A DNA stretch of 64,000 nucleotides. Origin: Candidatus Moanibacter sp. (GTDB lineage Bacteria > Verrucomicrobiota > Verrucomicrobiia > Opitutales > UBA2987). The DNA is taken from the NCBI GenBank assembly GCA_965215885.1, contig CBDCEW010000100.1:128001-192000 (forward strand), given 5' to 3'. How positions within the stretch are numbered: the first letter of the stretch is position 1; each line of letters opens with the position of its first letter. The position numbers were made by a program, and so were the translations under genes. The notes under the pieces were generated by a model, which saw only the letters and a program-made list of their open reading frames with translations, did not search any database and was not told the DNA's origin. Positions 32,176 through 42,269 of the stretch are shown one piece after another.

Positions 32176-33843
32176 TTAGTTTGTCTTTTTGCTTTTTTCA
32201 AAGGCACTGGATGTCCAGGCGAAGTCCTTATAGTTGGATCCTGTTATGAGGATGTAAACTGAGTGTTCGTTTTCGGTCATCCAGGCAGGCCGTCCACTCG
32301 AAATTCTGTCGGAAGTCCTCTTCGGACTGATTCCTAAGTTCGTAGTGGACGGCTGCCTTTGAATATTTTCACCCTTAGCCAAACAAACTCTTTGACCCAT
32401 CGCCAACCACTGATCGGCCAAGTTATTCACAAAGGGGCCTCGCCGAGTTTTTCCTGCGGCTCCACTCGGCCCCTTGGATGAATAACCTGGAGCTACTATA
32501 AGATTCCTAGCGCGATGAACGTGTCCAGCGTCGTTGCGGTCGAGGGTGAAGGTCTCGAACCAGACTGTGCCTTTCGGCCGCGAGACTAGATTGATGAGAA
32601 TCTCTTTTTGCTGAAATCCGCGGATGGCGAAGACAGTGTGTCCGATCTGCAGAGGAGAGGCGGGCCGGGCTCTCGACGCGTTCCGATCGGCAGGTTTTTG
32701 GGGATCCCCGTCGTAGGCGACGACAATTGCCTTTTCCGCATCAAACACCCCGCGGTTTCGCACCCTTGCTTTCAGAGTCTTGCGAGATCTTCGATTCTTG
32801 AAACGGACTGTCGAGGGGAGCAGCTTCACATCGCGGCACAATTGTGAATCCTTGAGAGTTACGGCGCGGCGGGCGTCGAGGATCCCAAAACCGAGATTCG
32901 GTTCCCACCCGTAAGGGTCGTAGACGAGACCGGATACGGGCCGAGTCGTATTGCGGAGAACCTGGCGTAGTTGTTCATTTTCGAGATGTGGAAAACGCGA
33001 CCATACAAGCGCCCCGACTCCGCCCGCAAACCCGGACGCCATGCAGCCTCCAGTGAAATTTATGAAATTCTGATCGCCTCCGTATCCGCGAATCTGATCG
33101 CTGAGGCGTCCCGAGGAGCGTTCTCCGCCCGGCGCCCCGGCTTCGACGTAGTCGCAATCGGGACAGATATCGGCGGGCCAGCCCTTCCGGTTTGTCGAGC
33201 CCACAGTGAAGACAGCATCGAATCCGGCTTGAAAGGTCACGACGCGCCGGCCACGGTTGTCCCCGCTGCTCTTGAAAATGAGGCATCCATGAGCAAAGGC
33301 GTAATCCATCGCCTCCCGTAGCCCGGGATTGTCCCATGGGTAGCTGAAATCCGTCCCCTGGTAGAAGAGGGGGATGCCGTTAGCCCGTTCGCCGCTTATG
33401 TAGCCGTGAGGCGTTACAAGGATCTTTGCGCCGTGGTCTACGGCGTATCGGATACCCCGTTCCCAGCTCTCGGGGTTCCCGTAGCCGACGCGCACCATCA
33501 TGATGGGGCACTCCGGCGCGAGGTGGGCCACTTCGCCGCCCACAAACCCGTGGTGTCCCCGAAAATACTCGCTGCTTTCCTCACGCACGCCCCGGTATTC
33601 AAGGCTGGCGTCGTCATCGACGAAATCCCATCCATGCCGTCTGCTTCGCTTGTTCTTCGGGTCGATCCACAGATGCGGTTCAAGATCGCTGTGGGTCCGG
33701 TAGCCGATATCGATTACAGCTACGATCAGGTTCTTGCTGCCCCGTGTGGTCTCGTGCGCCCTTTGCACCCCCAGTTGCCGCAGCGCCCAACCGTAGAGGG
33801 CAGGACCGCGACGAGGCGAAGTACCTGAGGAGCGAGGACTCAT
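32176..33843 (-). CDS. Subtilase (S8)-like protein with atypical catalytic motifs; C-terminus reads through into IS110
   Basis: VAVIDIG (Asp), GHHGFVGG (His), SSGDN and TGGCMASG (Cys in place of Ser). Host-derived sequence ends near 32510. Confidence 0.75.
   Translation of the reverse strand: MSPRSSGTSPRRGPALYGWALRQLGVQRAHETTRGSKNLIVAVIDIGYRTHSDLEPHLWIDPKNKRSRRHGWDFVDDDASLEYRGVREESSEYFRGHHGFVGGEVAHLAPECPIMMVRVGYGNPESWERGIRYAVDHGAKILVTPHGYISGERANGIPLFYQGTDFSYPWDNPGLREAMDYAFAHGCLIFKSSGDNRGRRVVTFQAGFDAVFTVGSTNRKGWPADICPDCDYVEAGAPGGERSSGRLSDQIRGYGGDQNFINFTGGCMASGFAGGVGALVWSRFPHLENEQLRQVLRNTTRPVSGLVYDPYGWEPNLGFGILDARRAVTLKDSQLCRDVKLLPSTVRFKNRRSRKTLKARVRNRGVFDAEKAIVVAYDGDPQKPADRNASRARPASPLQIGHTVFAIRGFQQKEILINLVSRPKGTVWFETFTLDRNDAGHVHRARNLIVAPGYSSKGPSGAAGKTRRGPFVNNLADQWLAMGQRVCLAKGENIQRQPSTTNLGISPKRTSDRISSGRPAWMTENEHSVYILITGSNYKDFAWTSSAFEKSKKTN
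32200..32490 (-). ncRNA. Predicted IS110 bridge RNA (accessory hairpin, target-binding loop, donor-binding loop)
   Basis: Two stem-internal loop-stem modules whose loop strands match the target and the circle-junction donor (see findings). The ends are approximate. Confidence 0.85.
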
Positions 33844-33890
33844 ATTCGTTGACGGATTAAATCTTATCTTCGCATTGATTGGACACGCAA

Positions 33891-35018
33891 CTACGCGGAA
33901 ACTCTGAAGCGCGAGGCGAGCCACGGTGCGAGGTCCAGCGGGCAATTTCCGGTACGAATCCATTCCGCGAGGTGAGGCCCCAGGGCGACCGAGTATTTAA
34001 ACCCTTTGCCGCTCCACCCACAGTCGATGAAGAGATTTTCCAGCCCCTCGACAAAACCCAACAGGGGCTTCATGTCGGGAGTCTCGTCGTAGCAGGTGGC
34101 GTAACCGCCCTGGAATACCCCCCTGCGCATATTCGGCAGGTGATATCGGATCGATTCAGAACACCGGTCGACCATCCAGTTTGGGCAGGTCGACTCGGTT
34201 GGGTCGGGGTCGACAGGTATCCGCGGTTTACGGTCATCGCAAAGAACCCTGATGTTGGAAGCGTGCCAGGGTACGAAGCCACCGATCCCGTCGACCCATA
34301 CTACCGGCGGCCGTTCGAAGAACCCTGGGGGTCGACGGTAGAAGGACACCCCCACGCGAACGTTTTCAATGGGTAACTGGATGCCCGCCATGGCCGCCAC
34401 TTTGAGGCTCCACGGACCACAGGCGAGGACCACTTTCCCAGGTGAAATCGAACCGGTGGCGGTATCTACGGAGGTAATTTCCCCCTTTTCTACGTGGAAG
34501 CGTTCCGCCGGCGAAAACTCCCTTAATTCCGCGCCGTATTCCCGTGCCGCCCGGGCATAAGAGTGCACCGTCTGAAAGGCATCGACACAACCCGTTCTGG
34601 GAAAGAAAGCCGCCGCTTCGACGCCGTCGGTGTTAAACTCCGGATAGACATCGTGGATCTCTTTTCCCTCTAAAACTCGAACCGTGGACCCGTTCCGTCT
34701 GGCGGCGGCCGCGTACTTCTCTGTGGTGGCCAGATCATTGCGGGCGACGAGCAGGCCATGATTGAAAAAACCGCAACTTCCTCCGACCTCCTCTTCAAAG
34801 TTTTCGTATGCCTCCAAGGCACTGACCGCAAGGCGGCTGATGGTGTCGGTTTCAGCCGCTTGCTGTCCGCACATCGCTCCTGAGAATGCGGTCGTACCCG
34901 AGGCGAGGGCTCTGCGTTCGCAGAGCACGACCTTGCCCTCCTTCCTTCGGGCGAGGTGGTAGGTGATCGTAATACCCACGATCCCTCCTCCGATAACTAA
35001 ATAGTCGGTTGATTCCAT
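33891..35018 (-). CDS. FAD-dependent oxidoreductase (DAO/sarcosine oxidase beta-like)
   Basis: VIGGGIVG, GPWS, YDETPD and GWSGKGFK motifs. Confidence 0.85.
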   Translation of the reverse strand: MESTDYLVIGGGIVGITITYHLARRKEGKVVLCERRALASGTTAFSGAMCGQQAAETDTISRLAVSALEAYENFEEEVGGSCGFFNHGLLVARNDLATTEKYAAAARRNGSTVRVLEGKEIHDVYPEFNTDGVEAAAFFPRTGCVDAFQTVHSYARAAREYGAELREFSPAERFHVEKGEITSVDTATGSISPGKVVLACGPWSLKVAAMAGIQLPIENVRVGVSFYRRPPGFFERPPVVWVDGIGGFVPWHASNIRVLCDDRKPRIPVDPDPTESTCPNWMVDRCSESIRYHLPNMRRGVFQGGYATCYDETPDMKPLLGFVEGLENLFIDCGWSGKGFKYSVALGPHLAEWIRTGNCPLDLAPWLASRFRVSA

Positions 35019-35083
35019 TGGTCCCTGTCAGCGCAAAAAACCTCTACGGATGGCCGCATAAGCGGATTTGTATCGAACTCCCG

Positions 35084-36673
35084 TTACTCCTTAAACCAGA
35101 TGGGGCTGCTCCATGCCCGGTGTCCGTCTTCCTGTGTTACCTTCGCCAGATACCATTGAATGTCATCGCTGCCCTCCGAGGTGTCCTTGAACTCGACCTC
35201 CATCGTCGTTCCATTGCCCGGGTGTGAGGCTACAGTTTTCCCTCTCCGGATCAGCTCGATCCGCGCTATGTCGTGCGAGCCCTCCGCGCAAACCTCGAAT
35301 ACCCGCTCGGCCTTCACCGGGAGGATGGTTCCCATCATGCTCCCGTTTGATTCGAATCTGAGCGCGATTCGGGCGCCCGTCGTGCCGAAAACGCGGCGAG
35401 CGAGGATCGCTTCGTGGAGCGCTTCGAGGGAAAGCTCGGGCGCGAGCACGCCGGTCTGACCGGCAGGAAATGGACATCCCGGTTCCGGGTCGGGGTTGCC
35501 GGGCATGGAGTCATGGGTGTCGCTCCCGGACACGATGCCGAGGATATGCCCCTTGTTGAGGAGATCGAAAATCCTCGCTTCCTCCTTCAGCGCTCCCCGC
35601 TGTTTCTGCCAGATCTCCGCGAGAATCTCGCGGTGAAAGTCCAGCGTGTGGAAGTGCCCGCTGACGATTCCATTATACCGCTGGACGGTTTCATAATACT
35701 GGTCGAGGTTCTCGCAATGAATGGTATCATTGTTGAAACGGCGAAGGAACCGGGGATCGAGCGCGGGCGGCCGGTCTTCACAGAATATCGGCGGAACCTG
35801 CTCAGGTTTTACAAAGAAGTGGGCGTTACGGTGGGCGCCGTTGGGGACTGTTCCCGCCTCCACGCCGGTGATCGCGATAAACTTGCCCGGCTCCGTCCAG
35901 TGTGCCGCGGCTCGTTTAACTCCATCCCAGACATTGTCGACACAAACGTTATAACTGAAAAGCATAGCTGCGGCGAAGTCGTAGTGAGCTTCGTCCCGGG
36001 CGTAACGGTAAAAGTCGTCCAGCGGCCGTTGGTTGAATGCCATACCGTGTAAATCATCCCAAAAAATGCCTGGTGTCCGCCGCGTGTTTTCCGGGGATGG
36101 TCGGGGCAGGACTCCCTCCACCGAGATTTCCTGTGTGAAGACGGTTTCGGGGATCGTGTCATCATCGACGCTGCGGTGGAATGCACGGTAGGACTTGTAA
36201 TGGGTGGGTTCAAAACGCCATCCGCCCGGTTCGCTCTCCACCAACCAGAAGCTGAATGAATGTATCGGATGGGTGGGAAGCTCCCAACCGGCGAAATCGG
36301 ACCCGAGCCGGACGACCACCGTTTCGCCGTCCGCCAGTCCCTCTTCAAAGATAATTTCGCAGACATAGAGGAATTCGACTACCTTCGGATATAGATCGAG
36401 CGTTCGCGCCTTGTAAGTCTCGCACCTCACGGCCCTGTTTGCCGACGTCGTGGCCGAAACGTAGTTCGGCTCTAGTTCGTCCGTGCATTGGGGAAATCCC
36501 GCGTGCTGGCGAATATCGCAGCAAAGCCACACCCGCGAATCCGCTGGCAGCTCCCGGTTTGGTTCATATTGAAATTCAAGCGACGCAGTCTCTCTATAGC
36601 GATGCGAGGATTCGCTCAGAAGCAGGAACGATGCCGGCGATTGAATCGGCGTTACTTCTGATTTAATCATCAA
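35084..36673 (-). CDS. PHP/DUF3604-like putative metallohydrolase
   Basis: WDDLHG, SGSDTH..PG, FGTTGARI and AWSSPIW motifs. Confidence 0.6.
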   Translation of the reverse strand: MMIKSEVTPIQSPASFLLLSESSHRYRETASLEFQYEPNRELPADSRVWLCCDIRQHAGFPQCTDELEPNYVSATTSANRAVRCETYKARTLDLYPKVVEFLYVCEIIFEEGLADGETVVVRLGSDFAGWELPTHPIHSFSFWLVESEPGGWRFEPTHYKSYRAFHRSVDDDTIPETVFTQEISVEGVLPRPSPENTRRTPGIFWDDLHGMAFNQRPLDDFYRYARDEAHYDFAAAMLFSYNVCVDNVWDGVKRAAAHWTEPGKFIAITGVEAGTVPNGAHRNAHFFVKPEQVPPIFCEDRPPALDPRFLRRFNNDTIHCENLDQYYETVQRYNGIVSGHFHTLDFHREILAEIWQKQRGALKEEARIFDLLNKGHILGIVSGSDTHDSMPGNPDPEPGCPFPAGQTGVLAPELSLEALHEAILARRVFGTTGARIALRFESNGSMMGTILPVKAERVFEVCAEGSHDIARIELIRRGKTVASHPGNGTTMEVEFKDTSEGSDDIQWYLAKVTQEDGHRAWSSPIWFKE

Positions 36674-37694
36674 TTAATACAGTGATTCCCTTGTCAGCTG
36701 ATTTCTGGGTGAGACAAGCGATGCGATTTGCTCGAATTGAAGCGGCATCGGGAACCAGCGGTGAGGCGGATGCGTCATGCAGGGACTCGAGCCAGTCTTT
36801 AACGACTGACCGGTTGGCGGGAAGCTCAGCCAACGGGAAATCTTCGACCGTGTTTCCCTCTTTCTGCAGGCGGATATACTTTCCCAGACGAAACTCAATC
36901 TGGCCCTCCGTCCCTACCACATCGAGTCGGTAGTCATTGCGGCACCCATCCGGAAGCACCCGGTTATACTGTATGAATGCGGTCCCACCGTTTTCCAGTT
37001 GAAAGAGGGCGCCCCCACTGTCGATCAGCTCGGGCATTTCCGGGCGCGACCTGTTGGCCTGATATGCGGTTACCTGCGTGAGCCGCAGCCCGGTGGCCCA
37101 CTCCACCGCGTCGATGGAATGAATCGCCAGATCGAGGATCGGTCCCCCTGAGAGGCGTTGGTCGAGAAACCACGGCGGCCGCGCGCCCGGTTTCAATTCA
37201 ACCGACATCTTCGCCTGACACTGTATGGGCTCTCCGATCGCGCCCGAGCGGACAAGGTCTCTCACCTTGCGATACTGCGGATTGCCGCGGAGGGTCAGAA
37301 GCATGAGCAATCGCCGCGCATGGGACTGCCCATGGCGCTCGATCTCATCGAGTTCGGCGAGGTTGATGGCGGCGGGTTTATCCGCGATGACGTGACAACC
37401 GCGACGGAAAGCCTGTAAGATCGCGGCCGCTTTTTGATCATTCTCATTCGCCACGACCACGATGTGCGGTTCGCAGGCTTCCAGCATTTCTTCCGCGTCG
37501 GTGTAGATCTCGGTTTGGAATAGTTCCTCAGCCCATCCGATCTGCTCTTCGCGCACGGAGGCTCCATTGATCTCGACCATCTCGCCGCATAGAGAAGTGA
37601 TCTCCTTTATGTGGGTCTCGCCGCCGATAATGGAAACCGTCCATTTTCGGGGATCTGCACCACCCGATGCGGATACCGGATTATTCGACTGCAT
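36663..37694 (-). CDS. Gfo/Idh/MocA family oxidoreductase
   Basis: HVIADKPA and GGPILDLAIHSID motifs. Confidence 0.85.
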   Translation of the reverse strand: MQSNNPVSASGGADPRKWTVSIIGGETHIKEITSLCGEMVEINGASVREEQIGWAEELFQTEIYTDAEEMLEACEPHIVVVANENDQKAAAILQAFRRGCHVIADKPAAINLAELDEIERHGQSHARRLLMLLTLRGNPQYRKVRDLVRSGAIGEPIQCQAKMSVELKPGARPPWFLDQRLSGGPILDLAIHSIDAVEWATGLRLTQVTAYQANRSRPEMPELIDSGGALFQLENGGTAFIQYNRVLPDGCRNDYRLDVVGTEGQIEFRLGKYIRLQKEGNTVEDFPLAELPANRSVVKDWLESLHDASASPLVPDAASIRANRIACLTQKSADKGITVLIDD

Positions 37695-37751
37695 ATACCC
37701 CTATAGCGTTCACAACAGAGGACATATACCTTTTCGAACAGGCTCTAAATA

Positions 37752-39668
37752 GACCTTATCCGAAAAGCTACTGATTGGCCGCAAAGAGGCGCAAAAGGCG
37801 CAAGAAAAACTTGAGAAAAATCATTTTTTGGCTTGATAAAAAGTGTCGCAACATGCTAGTGTTTAACAACTTAAGATTAAGAAAGGAGTTAAACATGCCA
37901 ACATGTGCGACAGAGGAGAACAAAAGCGATAAGACGCCCCTTAGCAACCTCATTCTGCCGGTTCCAGACACGGATTTCCGTGATTTTCTGGATGAAGTTG
38001 AAGAATTGGCCGGGTTCGCGGCGCAAATCATCGAGGCGATCGAGAAGGATCTGGACGCCCATGCGCGTGAGAAGAAGAAACTTCGATTGGAAGATCGCAG
38101 GTTCTTTGAAGGGCGCACAGCGGAGCTGCCGGAGCTGGACATCGAGGAGGAGAATATTCTGGCTGCTGAATTGAATCTTGGGGCAGGCCGGCCGCGGATG
38201 CCGGCTTATGCGGTATACGTGTTCGTGATGCTTCGAGGGTTTCTGGGTTCGTTGACCACGAAACCGGCACGGCGGTTTGTGCGCGAGTCGATGAGCTTGT
38301 ACGGATTTTTGCAGAGCGGGGGACTGAGAATGCCGGCGGTGACGACGATTCTGGAGAACGTGAACCTGGTCAGCCATACGACCCGCGAGTTGATCTTTGA
38401 TAAACAGATTGGGTTTATCCTCCAGGAGCAATGGGACGATTTCGGGAAGCTGACGATCGACAGCACCTCGGTGAAAGCAAACAGCTGCTGGCCCACCGAT
38501 GGGAAGATTCTGAGCGGTCTTTTGATGCGGGCCAATCGTTTGGGTCAGAAGTTGCATGTCTTCGGGCTGGAGGATTTTCGCAAGGGATGGGTTGGGCGTT
38601 GGCTGGAGGAAATGGACAAGCTGGAGTTTCAGATTTGTCTGGCCGCGGGCAAACCGAAGTCGAAGGGCAAGCTGAAGAAACACTACCGGCGGTTGCTCAA
38701 GCGGGGCCGCAAGGCGGCCGACTCACTAACGGGGGAACTGAGCCATCTTGAAGAGGGCCTGTCGATGGATTCACTGCCTCCCACTCGCCGGGAGCTTCTG
38801 GAGCGGGCATTGAGCCAGATCAGGGGCGATATTGCCGACGCCAAGCGGGTTGTTGAGTATGCTCATGATCGGGTGTTTCACGAAAAGAAGCTACCGTCCA
38901 CACAGAAGGTCCTGAGCCTCTCGGACGGATCGGCGGCCTACATCAAGAAGGGCAGCCGCAATCCAGTGATCGGGTACAAGCCACAACTGGTTCGCAGCGA
39001 AAACGGTTTTGTCACCAGCCTGATCGTACCGCAAGGCAACGCGGCAGACTCCATTGAGCTGGCGCCGGCCATCGGCGATTCGATCAAGCGCACCGGTGTC
39101 ATTGCTGAACTGGTCAGCACCGATGACGGATATGCTTCGGCGAAGGGACGCAAGGAGGTGCTGAGCATGGGGGTAAAGCAGATCAGTATCAGTGGGGCGA
39201 AGGGCAAGAAGTTGACCACCCCCGAGGACTGGGAGAGCGAGGCGTATCGCGAGGCACGCCGCGATCGCTCCGCAGTGGAGTCGCTGATGTTCACGATTAA
39301 AGATGGATTTGCCTTTGGCGAACTCGGCCGCCGCGGCATCGATGCGGTAGGCGATGAACTGCTCGAGAAGGTTCTGGCCTACAACTTCTGCCGCATCATA
39401 CTGATGAAGAAACGCCGAGGGGAGGAACTGGAACAGGCAGCCTGAATCTGACCGCTTTGAAGCTCAGAGAAAAAAGCACCACGGGATGAGTATGCCTCCA
39501 GACAGCGGCAAATATACGTATTGTGCAGCAAGCCACGCCGATGGCCGCTCAATACCTGCTCATCGGCAGCGCCGGCAGCCTAAAACCCGAAACCTGCCAG
39601 CCATAGGCTGGTCCGCCCGTGGCGGAGAACCTTAAACCGCCCGCTCGAAAGGCTTTTCGAATGGGGTC
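37752..39668 (+). mobile_element. IS5/IS1182-like (IS4 superfamily) insertion sequence, copy 1
   Basis: IRs GACCTTATCCGAAAAGC / GCTTTTCGAATGGGGTC; TAAATA duplicated on both sides. Confidence 0.92.
37855..39445 (+). CDS. DDE transposase
   Basis: TIDSTSVKAN, STDDGYAS and RSAVESL motifs; the start is uncertain (37855 or 37894). Confidence 0.9.
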
Positions 39669-39684
39669 TAAATAGGTTACCCTA

Positions 39685-41887
39685 TTACCACCGGGAGGAA
39701 ACCGTAAATTTGACGCGCCGTCTTTCAACAAGAAAGTTGTTTGTTGCGCTGAACATTTCGCCCCATAGGGTCTCGTCAGTCAAATTGGCGACATTGACCT
39801 GGAACTTGTAGCGGCCCTTCGTGTAGCTGGCAAAGATATCGAAATCCCAGGTGCTGGGCTGGAATACAAGAGTGCCGTCCGGTGCACGGGCACGGTTTGA
39901 GGGGGATGTGCCCTGAAATTTACCGCCGCCACCGAAGGTGAATCCTTGCATTGAACCTTCCTCAAATGTGTATTTGGCAAATACACTGAATGTCTCCTGA
40001 GGAGCGCTGGGCGGCAGGCTGCCGTCCTGATTAACGATGTCTCCATTATAGTAATTGGCTATGGCAGAGAATCCTCTGTTCGCATAAATCAGAGACATAT
40101 CGAAACCCGAACCGACATTGTTCTGGTCCTGAACGTCAAACCCGAAGTTGTCCGGATCCTTGCGTTTCAGACCTGTAATGTTCAGACTGTAGTAGGAAAT
40201 CGTGCCCGAAAAGCCATTAAATAAATCAAGTTTAACACCACCTTCGGTGCTTTCGGCGCGCGTGGGACCGAATAGATTGCCCGCAAAATCCGCGCCGGAT
40301 GCCGGCCGGAACGATTCGTTGAATCCGGCGAAAAAAGACAGGTTGGTAAACTCACTGAATGGCTTGAAGACGACGCCCCAGCGCCCTGTCCATAAGGCGG
40401 AAGTGCCACCTGGAGAGTTTCTTTGGGGGTTACTCGGATCGTAGAAAGCTGTGACCGGGTCAATGCCGCCGGAAGCCGGATCTGCTCCCTGCCAACGCAT
40501 AAACCGCGAGGTGTGTGTGTAATTATAGCGGACACCGCCTGTGATAGCGAACCGTCCATCCCAGAATGACAGGCTTTCCTGTGCGTAAATGCCGGTAAAA
40601 GCGTTAGCTTGGGATTGAAAGCGGAAGAACCGCCAGAAATCCTCAAACACCGCGCCGGGCTCCTGCTCGGGATAAGTGGGCGCTTTAAAATCGAAATCAG
40701 CATTGCTTAATGGTAAAACGAACAAGAAATCCTGACTGGTTTGATTGTATTCTCCACCTATGCTGGTTCGTGACTGTATGTTGTCACCCAAATCAAATTT
40801 ATAGACGATATCGCCCTGCACAGCTTCAAGGGTATTCCAATGGGTCTGGGTTTGATGCGACCGAGTCACATTCCAGGTAAGACCGCCTACAGGGGAGTCC
40901 TCTAAATTGGACGTGTTGCCCACGGCACGTTGCGTGGGGCGCTTGCTTCTCTGTACGAGAAAAGCGCTCCGAAAGGCAAGGTTGTCCGTTATTGCGGATG
41001 TAAAGTTGGCGTATATGTCATGGCTGATTATGGAACGATGGGGGCGCGAATTTGGCCCGTTCCATGTAACGTCTTCAATAATCTTTACCTGGGGATACAC
41101 ATCCGGGTCGAGGAACTGTGATGTGTCACCAAATTTGCGATCGAGATAGCGGTAACGGACGACGAGATTAGAGCGATCACCTATATCAAAGGAAAATGCG
41201 GGAGAAAGGACGATCTGATCATCCTTTGCAATATCCCCGAAACGGGTTCTGTCAGCATCCCGCAGTTCCCCGATGAAGCGGTACTGAATTCCCTTCCTTT
41301 CACCCAGTGGGCCGCTGACATCGAACGCGCCGCCGTACCAATTGTCGGTTCCGATCTCGAATTTAATCTGGCCTTGAAACTCGCGTGAAGGCGTCTTCAA
41401 AACCCGGTTTACCGTGCCGCCGTTTTCCGATGCACCACCGTAGAGGATAGAAGCAGGCCCTTTGATGATTTCCAAGCGCTCGACCATAATATCCGGAGTG
41501 ATCGTCTTGTTAAAACTCTCAAATCCGTCCACGGAGGTAAATGTCGTGCGAAAACCCCTGATATAAAAATCATCCGTCCAGACTGACTTGTTTGACGTCC
41601 CTGCCGAGGCGTATTGTACCGCAGTGGCAGAATTAACCGGAGAAAGATCGTCAAGAAAATCGCGCGTGGCGATGTTGATATGCTGCGGCACATCGGTAAG
41701 CAACTGTGCGGAACGCAGGCCGGATACTGTCTGCGAAGAAACCCATCCCTTGACGGCGTCTTCGGACACTTCGAATTCGGACAAGGTTACGATGTTCTCT
41801 TCGGAAGGCTCCTCTGCCTCCTGTGCTTGTGAGGATAATTCCGCTCGCCAATAAGCAAGGTAGAATGCCAAATGATAACATTTTCAT
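39685..41887 (-). CDS. TonB-dependent receptor (signal peptide apparently out of frame)
   Basis: VTLSEFEV, plug motifs IRGF and ERLEIIKGPASILYG, and a C-terminal aromatic residue. A signal-like MKMLSFGILPCLLASG from 41887 is in a different frame. Confidence 0.85.
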
Positions 41888-42010
41888 AGAGTAAACCTTA
41901 GTTTGAGGATTATATTTCGATTGGCGAATTGCTCCGCCAAGAAAAAACGGAAAGGATAACAATTTCGCCTTTCCCGCGAAAAAAGGGGGTGTAAGATAAC
42001 TTTGTCAAGG

Positions 42011-42235
42011 ATGATTCCGAAGAGACGAATTTTGGCCGCTCTTTGCGGCGGAGAGCCCTGCCGCGACGACGTCGAGGTGTCCCTCAATCACCGTCGGGCG
42101 GGCGGAGAAAACCGGAGGGAGCGTACCATCGAGACACCCTCGGGCGCGCTCCACGGCGTCAAGCGAGGTTTGATTGTGAAGGAGGGTTCAGGTTCGGGAC
42201 CGGAATCTGATAAGAAAAGATCGATAAGAGAATAA
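42011..42235 (+). pseudogene. Possible remnant of a uroporphyrinogen-decarboxylase/MtaA-like gene
   Basis: MIPKRRILAALCGGEP and RTIETPSGAL resemble the N-terminal motifs of that family; the ORF is short. Confidence 0.3.
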
Positions 42236-42269
42236 GACCTCCGCCCATTAAGTGTTATCGTTTCCTGCC

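Larger units (their letters stand above)
30802..32501 (-). mobile_element. IS110 family element (complete, no terminal IRs, 2-bp core)
   Basis: Removing it restores TCCGACAGATTCCTAG. It encodes an IS110 recombinase with a structured 5' non-coding end. Confidence 0.92.

Noticed and set aside
32176..32505. Genuine C-terminal domain of the S8-like protein
   Set aside because: This is read-through into the IS110 non-coding end.
37775..37854. Arg/Lys-rich N-terminal extension of the transposase
   Set aside because: It is derived from the IS left end and is out of frame in copy 2.
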